DNA of 64,000 nt from an uncultured Chloroflexia bacterium (GTDB lineage Bacteria > Chloroflexota > Limnocylindria > Limnocylindrales > CSP1-4), in NCBI GenBank assembly GCA_963749705.1, contig CAVVNQ010000015.1, forward strand, positions 1 to 64,000, in the 5' to 3' direction. Each line of letters starts with the position of its first letter. Position 1 is the stretch's first letter. A model generated the notes under the pieces. That model was given only the letters and a program-made list of their open reading frames with translations. It was not told the origin of the DNA and did no database searches. The position numbers were made by a program, and so were the translations under genes. Below, one piece after another: positions 18,646 through 29,579 of this stretch.

Positions 18646-18912
18646 CCCTCCCGGTGGACGACGGGAGTTGGGTGCGATCCGACGGTCAGCGCCCGGGCGC
18701 CGGTGGGCGGCGAGGCGATCGGGTCACGGGCACCGCCCCTCGCGGTGTGCGACAGGATCACGACGGAGCAAATGCCACCGCGGCCCGGAATCGAAACGAC
18801 CCCGGGGCGTGGCCGGGGTCGTGTCGGTGTGGTGCCCGGCGCGGGGCCGGTGCGAGTGCCGGCGGCGAGGCCGGTGCGAGCGCCGGCGGCAGGGCCGCGA
18901 TGGGAACCGCGG

Positions 18913-19146
18913 TCAGGCGGCCGTGGCCGTCGCGGCTCGACCCCTCGAGTCGTGGACCGCATCGGCGCAGGCCACGCGATCCCCGCGGGCGTCGCGGCCG
19001 TTCATCGGCGCGAAATGGAACCAACCCTCGATGCCGTTCGCGGCGGAGTGCTGGAGGCGGCAGCCGCACGCGATGCAGGTCACGGGACCACCGCGCAGGT
19101 CGGCGGCCTCGGCGATGCCGCTGGTGTCATAGCCGGGGTACGTCAA
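18913..19146 (-). CDS. Small (77 aa) Cys/His-containing putative metal-binding protein
   Basis: TTG start with GGGAGG RBS; CIACGC..WFH..C....H. Confidence 0.6.
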   Translation of the reverse strand: MTYPGYDTSGIAEAADLRGGPVTCIACGCRLQHSAANGIEGWFHFAPMNGRDARGDRVACADAVHDSRGRAATATAA

Positions 19147-19299
19147 TGTCGGATCCTCCCGTTGCTGGTGTCGAGCCGACGCGCCGCGCCGGGTGTGGGA
19201 TGTGCGGGGCCGGGACGGACGGACCCGCGAGAACGGCACGGTGGAGGCACGACGCCGAGCCTGAATCCTGCCCGCGCGAGCCGGACCCCGCGACACCGA

Positions 19300-22200
19300 T
19301 CAGGCGACGGCGCGGTTGCGGTTCGGTTGCACGCCGTGAGGCACGCCCGCCGGAACGTCCATGGGGATGGGCGGGTCCGCGGCGTCCGCGCCGGGCGCGG
19401 CACCCGCTGTCGCGACGCTCACCGGTTCGACGAGCCACACGTCGGCATCGGTCGCAGCACCCGCATCCAGCAGGCGGCCGGCCAGCGCGGAGCCGGCGTC
19501 GCGATGTGCCGCAAGCAGCCGTCGAAGCTGCGCCACGACCTCGCCGCCGTCGGGACGGCCGGCGACCTCGGCGACCCGCGTCGCTCGAACGCTTGGAGCG
19601 TGGAGCGCCGCCACGTGCCGGCCCGCCGGATCCCACAGGTACGCCCGGCCGCCGGTCATCCCGGCACCGAACGACTGCCCCACGGGGCCCAGGACGACGA
19701 CGGCGCCACCGGTCATGTACTCGCAGCCATGAGGTCCGATCCCCTCGACCACCGCCTCGGCGCCCGAGTTGCGGATCGCGAACCGCATGCCCGCCCGCCC
19801 GAGGACGTGGAGCCGGCCCGCCGTCGCCCCATACAGGCAGGTGTTGCCGGCGAGCGTGAACGGCCGGCGCTCCGCGGGGACGACGGCGGGGACGACGGCG
19901 GGGCGGGCGGCCGGGGAGGCGGCGGAGGAAGCGGCCGGCGACGGCGTCGGCTCCGGCGGCCGGATCACGAGCGTGCCCCCGGACAGTCCCTTGCCGACGT
20001 AGTCGTTCGCCGTCCCCTCGAGCACGAGCGAGACACCCGGCCCCGCCCACGCACCGAAGCTCTGGCCCGCGGCGCCGCGGAATGACAGCCGGATGGGTCC
20101 CGGGACCTCGCCGCGCTCGACGGCACCGGTCAGGACGGCGCCCAGCGACCGCTCGGCGGTGGTGACCGGCAGCACGGACGACGGCAGCGCCTGCCCGTTT
20201 CGGAGGTCGGCGAGCAGCCGTTCGGCGAGCGGCGACGCGGGCTGGCGAACGACGCCGGTGGACGCGGCCCACGGCTCGAGCCGCCGGGCCGTTGACGGCC
20301 GCCAGGCGGGCGCGAGCAGCGTCGCCAGGTCGACGGTGGAGCGGGGAGCCTCGCGGAGATACCGCCGCCCCTCGCCGACGACCTCGGCGACCGACCGTGC
20401 CCCGACGGACGCCATGGCGACCCGGAGGTCGTCGGCCAGGCGCAGGAAGAACCGCACCACCATCGCGGGCGTGCCGGTGAACTTGGCACGCAGGTCGTCG
20501 CGCTGCGTGGCGATCCCCGTCGGACAGGTGTCGAGGTGGCACTGGCGCGCCATGTCGCAGCCGATCGCGACCACGGCCGCGGTGCCGAACGCGAACTCCT
20601 CCGCGCCGAGCAGCGCGGCGATCAACAGGTCGCGACCCGTCTGGAGCCCGCCATCGGCGCGCAGCGCCACCCGGTCGCGGAGGTCGTTTCGGAGCAGCAC
20701 CTGGTGGACCTCGGCCAGGCCGAGCTCCCACGGCGCGCCCACGTGCTTGATCGAGGACAGCGGCGACGCCCCCGTGCCGCCGGCATGGCCGGAGAGGTGG
20801 ATGTAGTCGGCGCCCGCCTTCGCGACGCCCGACGCGATGGTCCCCACGCCCCGGGTGGCGACCAGCTTGACGCCGATCCGGGCGCGAGGGATTGATCGCG
20901 CGCAGGTCCGCGATCAGCTGCGCGAGGTCCTCGATCGAGTAGATGTCGTGGTGGGGCGGCGGGCTGATCAGCGCCTGCCCCGGCTGCGCACGCCGAAGCG
21001 ATGCGATGTACGGCGTCACCTTGCGACCGGGCAGCTGGCCTCCCTCGCCGGGCTTCGAGCCCTGCGCCATCTTGATCTCGAGCTGCCGGGCGCGGGCGAG
21101 GTACTCCGCGGTCACCCCGAACCGCGCGGATGCGACCTGCTTGATGTGGGCATCGGTCGCGTTGTCGGCCGCGTCCGGCGCATACCAGGCGGGGTCCTCG
21201 CCGCCCTCGCCCGTGTTGGCGGAGCCGCCGATGGCCTGGATCCCCAGCGTCAGCGCCCGGTGCGCCTCGGGGGACAATGCGCCGACGCTCATCGCGCTGA
21301 CGACGAACCGCCGCGCGATCGAACGCGAATCCTCGACCTCGTCGAGCGGCACCGCGCGAGTCCCGCGCGGCCGCGAGACGCGGAACCCGTCGCGCACCAC
21401 CGCCGCCTCCCGGCCGAGCCCCGCGCGGTACCGGGCGAGCGCCGTCTCGGTCGGGTCGTCGGACGTTGCCAGATCCTGCACGGCGCTCGCGATCGCGGGG
21501 CTGTACAGGTGGAGCTCGCCGTCGCCGCGGAACCTGGCAAGCCCGGGATCGGGCAGCCGGTCCGGCCGGGCAGCGGCCGTCTGGGCGCGAGCGGCCGCGA
21601 GCCGCGACAGCTGCACCGCGGCAAGATCGCGAGCCTCGAGCCGGCCCGGCCACGCGGCCGCGGCCGGGAAGCAGCGGGCGACCAGGTCCGGGCCCAGCTC
21701 GATCGTCTCGAACAGCTGGCCGCCGATGTAGCTGGCGACCGTCGAGATGCCCATCCGCGCGAGCACCTTGCGGATCCCGGTGTCGAGCGCGGCCAGGGTA
21801 TTGGCGACGGCCTCCTCGGGCGTCACCTGCTCCGCGCCGCGGCTGCCCGCCTGCTCGCGGACGAGCTCGAGCAGCAGCCGCGGGTGGACGACCCGCGCGC
21901 CGGCGGCCACGGCCATGGCCAGCCCGTGAACGTCGAGGATGTCGCCCGAATCGAGGATCAGGTCCGTCCGACCGCGGATGCCCGCGTCCGTGAGCGCCGT
22001 GTTGACCGCGCCCGCCGCGAGCACGGACGGCACCGGGAGCCGGCCGGGCTCCGCCAGCGAGGCGGCCGAGTCACGAAGGACGATGACCTCGGCCCCGGCG
22101 CGCGATGCCGCGAGCGCCGAGGCGGCGAGCCGCTCCAGCGCAACCCCGAGCCCCGCCGGCCCGGCGGCCTCGAGCCACGTCGCGTCGAGGATCCGGACAG

Positions 22201-24151
22201 CCCGGTGCGGTGACCGGGAGCCGGCGCGGACCTCGGACAGCAGGCGCTCCAGGTCCACGACCACGGGCCGCGTGACCCGGACGGTGGCGGGCCGGGCCGG
22301 GATCCCGCCCAGGAACGCCGGTCGCCGGCCGAGCTCCATCTGGAGGTCCATGACGGCACGCTCGCGCTCGGGGTCGATCGGGGGGTTGGTGACCTGGGCG
22401 AACGACTGGCGGAGGTGGTCGGCGACCGAGCGCGTCACCCGGCCACGGCCGGCGAGCGGCGTGTCATCGCCCATGCTCCACAGGGGCTCGTGCGCGTCGA
22501 GCGCCATCGTCCGGACGTCGAGGCGGAGTCGCTCGGCGTCGAGCCCGAACAGGTGGCGGAGCCCGGGTCCGGTGGCCGGCACCGCTGGCACGACATCCGT
22601 GCCGGCAGCCCCCGACGCGCCGTCGCCGATGCCCGCCCCGGCCACCGCCGCTGCGGTATCGACCCCGGCCGCCGCCGGATCGTCGACATCCGCGAACGGG
22701 ACCCGCGAGGCGTCGTGGAGCGGCAGGCGGCGCAGCACCCACGACTTGGCGTCCGAGTCCCCCAGCACGCGACGCGCACCCGGGTCCACCAGCAGCAGCT
22801 CGCCCGGGGCCAGCCGTCCGCTGCGCACGATCTCGTCCGGGTCGAGCGGCACCGCCCCCGCCTCGGAGGCGACCGCGACGATCCCGTCGGCCGTCTCCGA
22901 CCATGCGGCCGGCCGCAGCCCGTTCCGGTCGAGGAGCGCGCCGACCCGGCGTCCATCGCTGAACACGAACGCGGCCGGCCCGTCCCAGGGCGCCACGAAC
23001 CCGGCCACCCGCCGGCGGAACGCGGCCACCGCCGGATGCGGGGTCCGGCGCAGCGCCGGCGCTTCGGGCACCAGCGCGAGCAGTGCCGCCTCGAGCGACC
23101 AGCCGGTGCCGACCAGGAGCTCGAGCGCCTGGTCCAGCGACTGCGAGTCGGACGCGCCTGGCGTCAGCAGGGGTCCCGCGGCGCGCAGGCGGTCGGCGGC
23201 GGCCCGGCGACGTGCGGGGATCGGGCCGTCGTGCTCGCGACCCAGGATGGCCTCGCGATTGCCGCGGACGGTGTTGATCTCGCCGTTGTGGGCGACGAAC
23301 CCGAACGGCTGGGCGAGCGACCACGTCGGATGCGTGTTGGTCGCGTATCGCTGGTGGAACACCGCGAGCGGCACCTCGATCGGCGCCGCGAGGTCCGGGA
23401 AGAGCCGGCCCAGCCGGTCCCCGGCCACCAGCCCCTTGAACACGATGGTCCGAGACGATGCCGAGACGATCGCGAGCCCGGGCCGGTCTCCGCGGCCGGC
23501 GGCTCCGGTACGGGCGCCGGCGCCGGCACGTCCGACGCCCCCGGCACGGCCGGCGGCTTCGGCGCGGTCCGCCGCCTCGGCCCGGCGTCGCACGCAGGCA
23601 AGGGCCAGCTCGAACGCCGCGTCCGTCGTGTCGGCGGGTCGCGGCACCAGGCCGTGGAGGATCCGCGGCATCGACGCGGCGGCTCCCGGGCCGAGCTGGG
23701 CAGGGTCCACCGGAACCTGCCGCCACAGCGGCCGGGCAAGGCCTTCGGCCGCCAGCGCCGCCTCGACGATCGAGCGCGGATCCGCCTGCCCGCCACCGCC
23801 GGCGTGGCTCCGGGACCGAGACCGCTGCGCAGGGGCGAACACCGTGAGCACGCCCGGCCGCGCCCCGGCCTGCCCCCGGGGATCGATCACGGCCAGCAGC
23901 GACGGCGTGATCGGCAGCAGGATGCCCGCGCCATCGCTCGAGGCGCCGTCCGCCGCAAACGCACCGCGATGGCCCAGCGAGGCGAGCCCGCCGAGCGCGA
24001 GGGCAAGAACGCGGCCCCCGGAGCGTCCAACTGCGTCGGCCACGAACCCGACCCCGCAGGCATCGTGCTCGTAGCGCGCGTCGTAGAGCGCCGGCTCCGG
24101 GTGGCGGCGAGGGCGTCGCTGTGGTGCGACGGCGGCGGTGCTCTGGCGCAT
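19300..24151 (-). CDS. gltB: Glutamate synthase large subunit, one frameshift near 20885
   Basis: EHDACGVGF, HNGEINT, PWDGPA, FAQVTNPPID, IKMAQGSKPGEGGQLP; after the shift ARIGVKL.., CDMARQCHLDTCPTG 3Fe-4S motif and GXGXG domain. Confidence 0.95.
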
Positions 24152-24265
24152 GTGTCGGGTCCCTCCAGCGGTGCGAGAGACGGCAACAGCCCGGAGCGGA
24201 GCGGAGACGCCGGTCCGGGCTGTGCCCTCGCGGGAGCCGGCCGCTGGCCGGCGGGGTTGGACGGG

Positions 24266-25582
24266 TCAGACCTGGTAGGCGACTTCGCCGTGGACCGAGA
24301 GGTCCAGGCCCACCTCTTCCTGCTCGGCCCGGACCCGCAGCCCGAGCAGCAGGTCCACGACCTTGACGATCACGAAGGTCGAGATGACGGCGTAGCCGAT
24401 CGTGGCGCCGACCGCGAGGGTCTGGGTCAGCACCTGGCCCGCATTGCCGTCGATCAGGCCCCGACCGGCGGCATTGATCGCGGTGGTCGCGAACACGCCG
24501 GTCGCGATCGCGCCGAACGTGCCGCCGACGCCGTGGACCGCGAACACGTCGAGCGCGTCGTCGATCCGCAGCCGCTCGCGCAGCAGCGTCGCGCTGTAGC
24601 AGATCGTGCCCACGGCCAGCCCGATGACGAGCGCACCGCCGGCCGTCACGAACCCGGAGGCGGGCGTGATCGCCACCAGCCCCGCCACGGCGCCACAGGC
24701 GGCCCCGACGACGCTGACCTTGCCCTTGTGGAGGTAGCTCGCGAGCACCCAGGTGATCGTCGCGGCCCCGGCCGCGGTGTTGGTCACGAGGAGCGCGTTG
24801 GCCGCCACGCCGTTCGCGCCCAGCGATGACCCGGCGTTGAAGCCGAACCAGCCGAACCACAGCAGGCCGGCACCGAGCACGGTCATCGGGATGTCGTGTG
24901 GCTCACGGCTGTCGCCGTTGACCGCGCGATGGCCGATCAGGAGCGCCACGATCAGCGCCGACACGCCGGACGAGGCGTGGACCACCGTGCCGCCCGCGAA
25001 GTCGAGCGCGCCCAGCTTGTACAGCCAGCCGTCCGACGCCCACACCCAGTGCGCGATCGGCGAGTAGACCAGGACCGACCACAGCACCGTGAACAGGACG
25101 AAGGCGCCGAACCGCTTGCGCTCCGCGAACGCGCCGGTGATCAGCGCCGGCGTGATGGCCGCGAACATGAGCTGGAACGCGGCGAACAGCACGAACGGGA
25201 TCGTCGTCCCATACGTCGCATCGGCCGTCAGGCCCACGTTCATGAAGCCCACGAAATCGAGGCCACCGACGAGCCCGAAGCCACCGACATCCTTGCCGAA
25301 CGCGAGCGAGAACCCGACCACCACCCAGACCACGCTGACCAGGGCCAGCCCGAAGAAGCTGTGCATGATGGTCGACAGCACGTTCTTGCGCCTGACGAGC
25401 CCACCGTAGAACAGGGCGAGGCCCGGCAGCATCACCATCACGAGCGCGGTGGCGACCAGCATCCAGGCCGTGTCGCCGCTGTCGATCGGGCCCCCGTCGG
25501 CCGCGGCGGCGATGCCCGGCACGCCGAGCAGCAGGGAGCCGGCTGCCAGGCCGGCATGGATGAGCCGTCGTCGAGCACCCAT
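24266..25582 (-). CDS. amtB: Ammonium transporter
   Basis: GDTAWML, FYGGLVRRKN, DFAGGTVVH, LWFGWFGFN, DDALDVFAVHG; GGAGG RBS. Confidence 0.97.
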   Translation of the reverse strand: MGARRRLIHAGLAAGSLLLGVPGIAAAADGGPIDSGDTAWMLVATALVMVMLPGLALFYGGLVRRKNVLSTIMHSFFGLALVSVVWVVVGFSLAFGKDVGGFGLVGGLDFVGFMNVGLTADATYGTTIPFVLFAAFQLMFAAITPALITGAFAERKRFGAFVLFTVLWSVLVYSPIAHWVWASDGWLYKLGALDFAGGTVVHASSGVSALIVALLIGHRAVNGDSREPHDIPMTVLGAGLLWFGWFGFNAGSSLGANGVAANALLVTNTAAGAATITWVLASYLHKGKVSVVGAACGAVAGLVAITPASGFVTAGGALVIGLAVGTICYSATLLRERLRIDDALDVFAVHGVGGTFGAIATGVFATTAINAAGRGLIDGNAGQVLTQTLAVGATIGYAVISTFVIVKVVDLLLGLRVRAEQEEVGLDLSVHGEVAYQV

Positions 25583-25714
25583 CGCGCGATCCGTCCTCCC
25601 TCGTCCTCCGACCCGGCGGCACACCGGGACCTCGATGCGGGGAGGTTGGTTCGTGGACCGGTGCCGGTCAGCGCCCCCGACCGGTGCGGGCTGGATGCAA
25701 TTGGGTCGCGTCCG

Positions 25715-25730
25715 GTTGCGAACCGGTTAC
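25715..25730 (-). promoter_or_regulatory. GlnR-box-like direct repeat GTAAC-n6-GCAAC upstream of amtB-gltB
   Basis: Minus strand reads GTAACCGGTTCGCAAC; fits the gTnAc-n6-GnAAc pattern of actinobacterial GlnR. Confidence 0.55.
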
Positions 25731-25766
25731 GGGCTGCATGCCGTGCATGCCGCTGCGTTCAGGCTC

Positions 25767-26988
25767 TCACAGGACGCCGACGTCCATCGGGACGCCCGAT
25801 CGGCGGACGATCGACCCGGCCTTGGTGCCCTGGATCAGCAGCGTCACCAGGACCACGCCGTAGACGGAGCCCGGTCAGCAGGTCGTGCTGGGGGACGCTG
25901 TCGGGCAGCGCCAGCGCCAGCGCGATCGCAACGGCGCCGCGAAGCCCGGCCCAGAACATCACGTGGAGGTATGCCAGCGGGAGCAGGCTCGGTCGCGGCA
26001 GCAGGCGCTCGCCGCCGCCGATCACCACGTACACCACGAACGCACGCGCGGCGGTGATCGCGACGACGCCGGCGACGATCGTGGGCACGGCGTCGAGCAG
26101 CTGCTCCGTGCTGATCGCGAGGCCCATCAGCAGGAACGTGAGCGCGGTGAGCATGAACGCGATGAACTCCCACACCACGTCCAGCGCCTCGCGGGTGCTC
26201 TCGAACAGGGGACGTCGCGCCTCGCCGTTGCCGAGCACGATCCCCACCACGACCGTCGCGATGATTCCGGACTCGTTGAGCCGGTCCGCCAGCAGGTACG
26301 TGCCGTACGCGGCCACGACGGAGATCGCGAGCTCGAGCAGGTTGTCGTCGGCAAAGCGCATGAGCGTTCGTGCGAGGCGCCCGGCAACCAGGCCGATGAC
26401 GCCGCTGACCGCCACGGTGAGCAGGAACGCCGTGATCCCGGACGTGAGCGTCACGGGCTCCGACACGGCGCGCAGCGCGATCGCGAACAGGACGACGCCC
26501 GTGCCGTCGTTGAGCAGGCTCTCGGATTCGACGGCGGTCGCGAGGCGCTTCGGGACGCCCAGCTGTCGGAACAGCGCCACAACCGCGACCGGGTCCGTGG
26601 CGGAGATCATCGCCCCCAGCAGGAACGCCAGCGAGAAGTCGAGGCCGGTGGTCACCGAGACGACGACCGCCACGACGCCCGCCGTGATCAGCACGCCCGG
26701 CGCGGCGAGCACCACCACGATCCCGAAGGTCTGGCGCAGCTCCCGCAGGTCGATCTTGTACGCCGCCTCGAACACGAGGCCCGGCAGCAGCACGGCCAGG
26801 ATCAGCTCTGGGGTGACCCGGAAGCTGACGCCGGGCAGCAGGACCGCGATGCCCAGGCCGGCCAGCACCAGCCCGACGGAGTAGGGGATCGCGCTGCGAC
26901 GCGCGATGAGCGCGACGGCAACGGCAACGATGACGAGCCCCACGAACAGCTCGATCGCGAGGAACCCGCTGTTGACGTTGTCCTGCAT
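25767..26988 (-). CDS. CPA1-family Na+/H+ antiporter, frameshift near 25870
   Basis: ATDPVAVV, ESESLLNDG, GLRGAVAIALAL; removing one G restores the last TM helix (GSVYGVVLVTLLIQG) and a stop at 25767. Confidence 0.9.
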
Positions 26989-27095
26989 CACACCTCCCAC
27001 GGGGGCGCACCACGGAGGCGCGACAGTGCGCCGCCCACGAGGGTAGCCCACCGCGCATCGGCGTTACGCTGTCGGCTCACGCATCGGAGGCACGG

Positions 27096-27863
27096 ATGGA
27101 TCTCGGGCTCGATGGCCGGCGGGCGCTGGTCGGTGGCGGTGGATCGGGGATCGGCGGCGGGATCGCCAGCGTGCTCGCGGCCGAGGGCGCACGCGTGGCG
27201 CTGATCGGACGGACGCGCGAGCGGATCGAGGCCGCGGCCGAGCGCCTGCACGGCGTGCCGGTGGTCGCCGACCTCGCCGTGCCCGATGGACCCGCGGCGG
27301 CGGTCGAGGCGGCCGTGGGTGCCCTGGGCGGGCTCGACCTGCTCGTCGTCAACACCGGGGGACCGCCGGGCGGCACGTTCGACGCGGCCGGCGAGGCGGA
27401 GTGGGAGCAGGCGATTGCGGGCACGCTCCAGTCGACGCTGCGCCTCATCCGGGCGGCGCTGCCGCACCTCCGCGACGGTCGCGAGCCGTCGATCCTGCTC
27501 GTGCTCTCGTCGTCGGTGCGCCAGCCGATCCCCGCGCTGATCACCTCCAACGTCCTTCGTCCTGGGCTGGCGGGGCTGATCAAGTCGCTGGCCGCCGAGA
27601 TCGCGCCGGTCCGGATCAACGGCCTGGCGCCGGGCAAGATCGCCACCGATCGGGTGGCGCTCATCGACCGCCGGCGGGCCGAGGCGGCGGGGACGACCTC
27701 GGACGAGATTGCGCGGCAGCAGGCGGCCGCCATCCCGCTGGGCCGCTACGGCGATCCCGAGGAGATCGGTCGGGTCGGGGCGTTCCTGCTGTCGCCGGCC
27801 GCGTCGTACGTCACCGGTGCCATCGTGCCGGTTGACGGGGGCATGATCCGGGCCCTGCCGTAG
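27096..27863 (+). CDS. SDR-family oxidoreductase
   Basis: GGGSGIG, NTGGPP, IPLGRYG, VDGG. Confidence 0.92.
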   Translation: MDLGLDGRRALVGGGGSGIGGGIASVLAAEGARVALIGRTRERIEAAAERLHGVPVVADLAVPDGPAAAVEAAVGALGGLDLLVVNTGGPPGGTFDAAGEAEWEQAIAGTLQSTLRLIRAALPHLRDGREPSILLVLSSSVRQPIPALITSNVLRPGLAGLIKSLAAEIAPVRINGLAPGKIATDRVALIDRRRAEAAGTTSDEIARQQAAAIPLGRYGDPEEIGRVGAFLLSPAASYVTGAIVPVDGGMIRALP

Positions 27864-28161
27864 GTCTTCCGCGGGCTCGATCCGCCTCCTTCGCGCATAT
27901 CGCGTTCCGACCCATCCCTCGCCGCTCCCTCGCGCCTCGAAAGCGTCAGATAGCACTCAGCCGGCTGCTTGTCCCGAGATCCGGGTCAGGTAGTCACCTC
28001 AAGCCTGGCTGACCCTAACCGCCATGCCGCCGAGCGTGGTCCTCGCGACGGGCCGGGACGTGTAGCCCTGGAGCGCCTGTTCGACACGGAGTCCGGCTCC
28101 CACCACCCGCTACGCGCGCGCCCGCGCCGCCAGCCGGCTACCCGCCGGCGCCGCCGGCCGG

Positions 28162-29118
28162 CTACGCGCGCCCCCCGCCCGATCCGAGCAGCCCGCCCGA
28201 CAGTGACCCGCCGGCCATGAACCCGTCGAGCCCGGTCCGGCGCAGGATGTCCTCGAGATCGGCGATCGTGCCCGGGTCCGCAGGCACGCCGGGTGCGCGC
28301 ACCGTGTCGTGGGCGATCGCGCCGCGGCGCTGGTACACGAGCTTGCGGATCGGCAGGTTGAGCAGCGCCTGGTTCTCGAACCGGATGACCGTCGAGTAGC
28401 GGTCGAAGATCGCGGCTGCCCCGTCCCGGTCCCCGCCGAACCAGCGCCGGACGATGGCCACCAGGATCTCCGGAAACCCGAACCCGGTCATCGTCCCGCG
28501 ACTGCCACGGCGCAGCTCCTCGAGCAGCATCGCGCCGCCCAGCCCACCCAGCACGACGATGTCCCGCGAGCCCGCCACGAGGGCGCCGGTCTTGGGCGGC
28601 GTCGGCTCCTCCTCGAGCTTGATCACGCGACACTGCGGCGCCTCGGCCGCGAGCGCGAGCAGGAAATCGGTGGTCATCCGGACGCCGGAGCTCGCCGGGT
28701 GATCCTGGACGACGACCGGCAGCGTGATCGCGGATGCGACCGCGAGGTAATGGCGCCGCAGCGCCGCATCGGTCGGCCGGGCCAGCGGCGGCGGCGCGAG
28801 CATCACCGAGTGGGCGCCCGTCGCCTCGGCCAGGCGGGCGAACACGACGGCTCGATCCGTCGACGCGTGGGACACGCCGACGCACACCGGGATCGTGCTG
28901 TCCGCGGCGGCGATGACACCCTCGAGCACCCGCGACCGCTCGAGGTCGCCGAGCCGCCCCGCCTCGCCGAGCACGCCCAGGATCGTCATGCCGTCGACGC
29001 CGGTGGACCGCACGAACGCCACCAGGCCCGGCAGCGACGCGTCGTCAAGCCCGCCGTCGGGCAGGAACGGCGTCGGCACGATGTTCCAGACGCCACGCAA
29101 GGCCGCGATGTCGCCCAT
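28162..29118 (-). CDS. Dihydrodipicolinate synthase (DapA-like) family aldolase/dehydratase
   Basis: IVPTPF..D, LGVLGE, VIKLE Schiff-base Lys; AGGAGG RBS. Confidence 0.85.
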   Translation of the reverse strand: MGDIAALRGVWNIVPTPFLPDGGLDDASLPGLVAFVRSTGVDGMTILGVLGEAGRLGDLERSRVLEGVIAAADSTIPVCVGVSHASTDRAVVFARLAEATGAHSVMLAPPPLARPTDAALRRHYLAVASAITLPVVVQDHPASSGVRMTTDFLLALAAEAPQCRVIKLEEEPTPPKTGALVAGSRDIVVLGGLGGAMLLEELRRGSRGTMTGFGFPEILVAIVRRWFGGDRDGAAAIFDRYSTVIRFENQALLNLPIRKLVYQRRGAIAHDTVRAPGVPADPGTIADLEDILRRTGLDGFMAGGSLSGGLLGSGGGRA

Positions 29119-29174
29119 GGCTCCTCCTGTTGACTCGACGGTCCGAGGCTACACGACCGCGCCGCGCGAGACGT

Positions 29175-29213
29175 GATGACCGCCGGCCAGCGGTGCGCCG
29201 ACCGGCGGTCATC
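29175..29213. terminator. Hairpin downstream of the Flp pilin gene
   Basis: gatgaccgccgg..ccggcggtcatc, 12-bp stem. Confidence 0.55.
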
Positions 29214-29230
29214 GCCGACGGGAGGGCGGA

Positions 29231-29407
29231 CTACAGGCTGTCGCCGACGTGGCTCAGGATGGTGCTGACCTGGCCGCCGAGGAAGATCAGGGCGACGATG
29301 GCCACGATCGCGATGAGTGCCAGGATGAGCGCGTATTCGGCCAGACCCTGGCCGGTTTCGTCGTCGCCGTTGTGCAGGATTCGGCCGACGATGTCGATGC
29401 TTCGCAT
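29231..29407 (-). CDS. flp: Flp-family type IVb/Tad pilin (58 aa)
   Basis: DETGQGLAEYALILALIAIVAIVAL..LG prepilin motif G/Q...EY. Confidence 0.9.
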   Translation of the reverse strand: MRSIDIVGRILHNGDDETGQGLAEYALILALIAIVAIVALIFLGGQVSTILSHVGDSL

Positions 29408-29579
29408 TGGGCGGTTCCCCGTGGGGCCCCGTACCGCGGGGTCGGGCCCGGGACATCCCGGGCACGTTGCACGATCCGCTTCGCAAGGCCCGGCCGACAC
29501 CGGTGATCCCCCGCAGCGCCGCCTCCGGGTCGGACCCCGGCGGCCGCGAGCATCCCGGCCTCGCGAACCGGGGAATCCC

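Noticed and set aside
20880-20890. gltB split as programmed frameshift or true pseudogene
   Set aside because: Single-base indel with no slippery site and all catalytic motifs intact; similar indels elsewhere point to sequencing error.
25860-25875. Altered antiporter C-terminus
   Set aside because: One extra G in a short G run; removing it restores the final TM helix. Probably an error.
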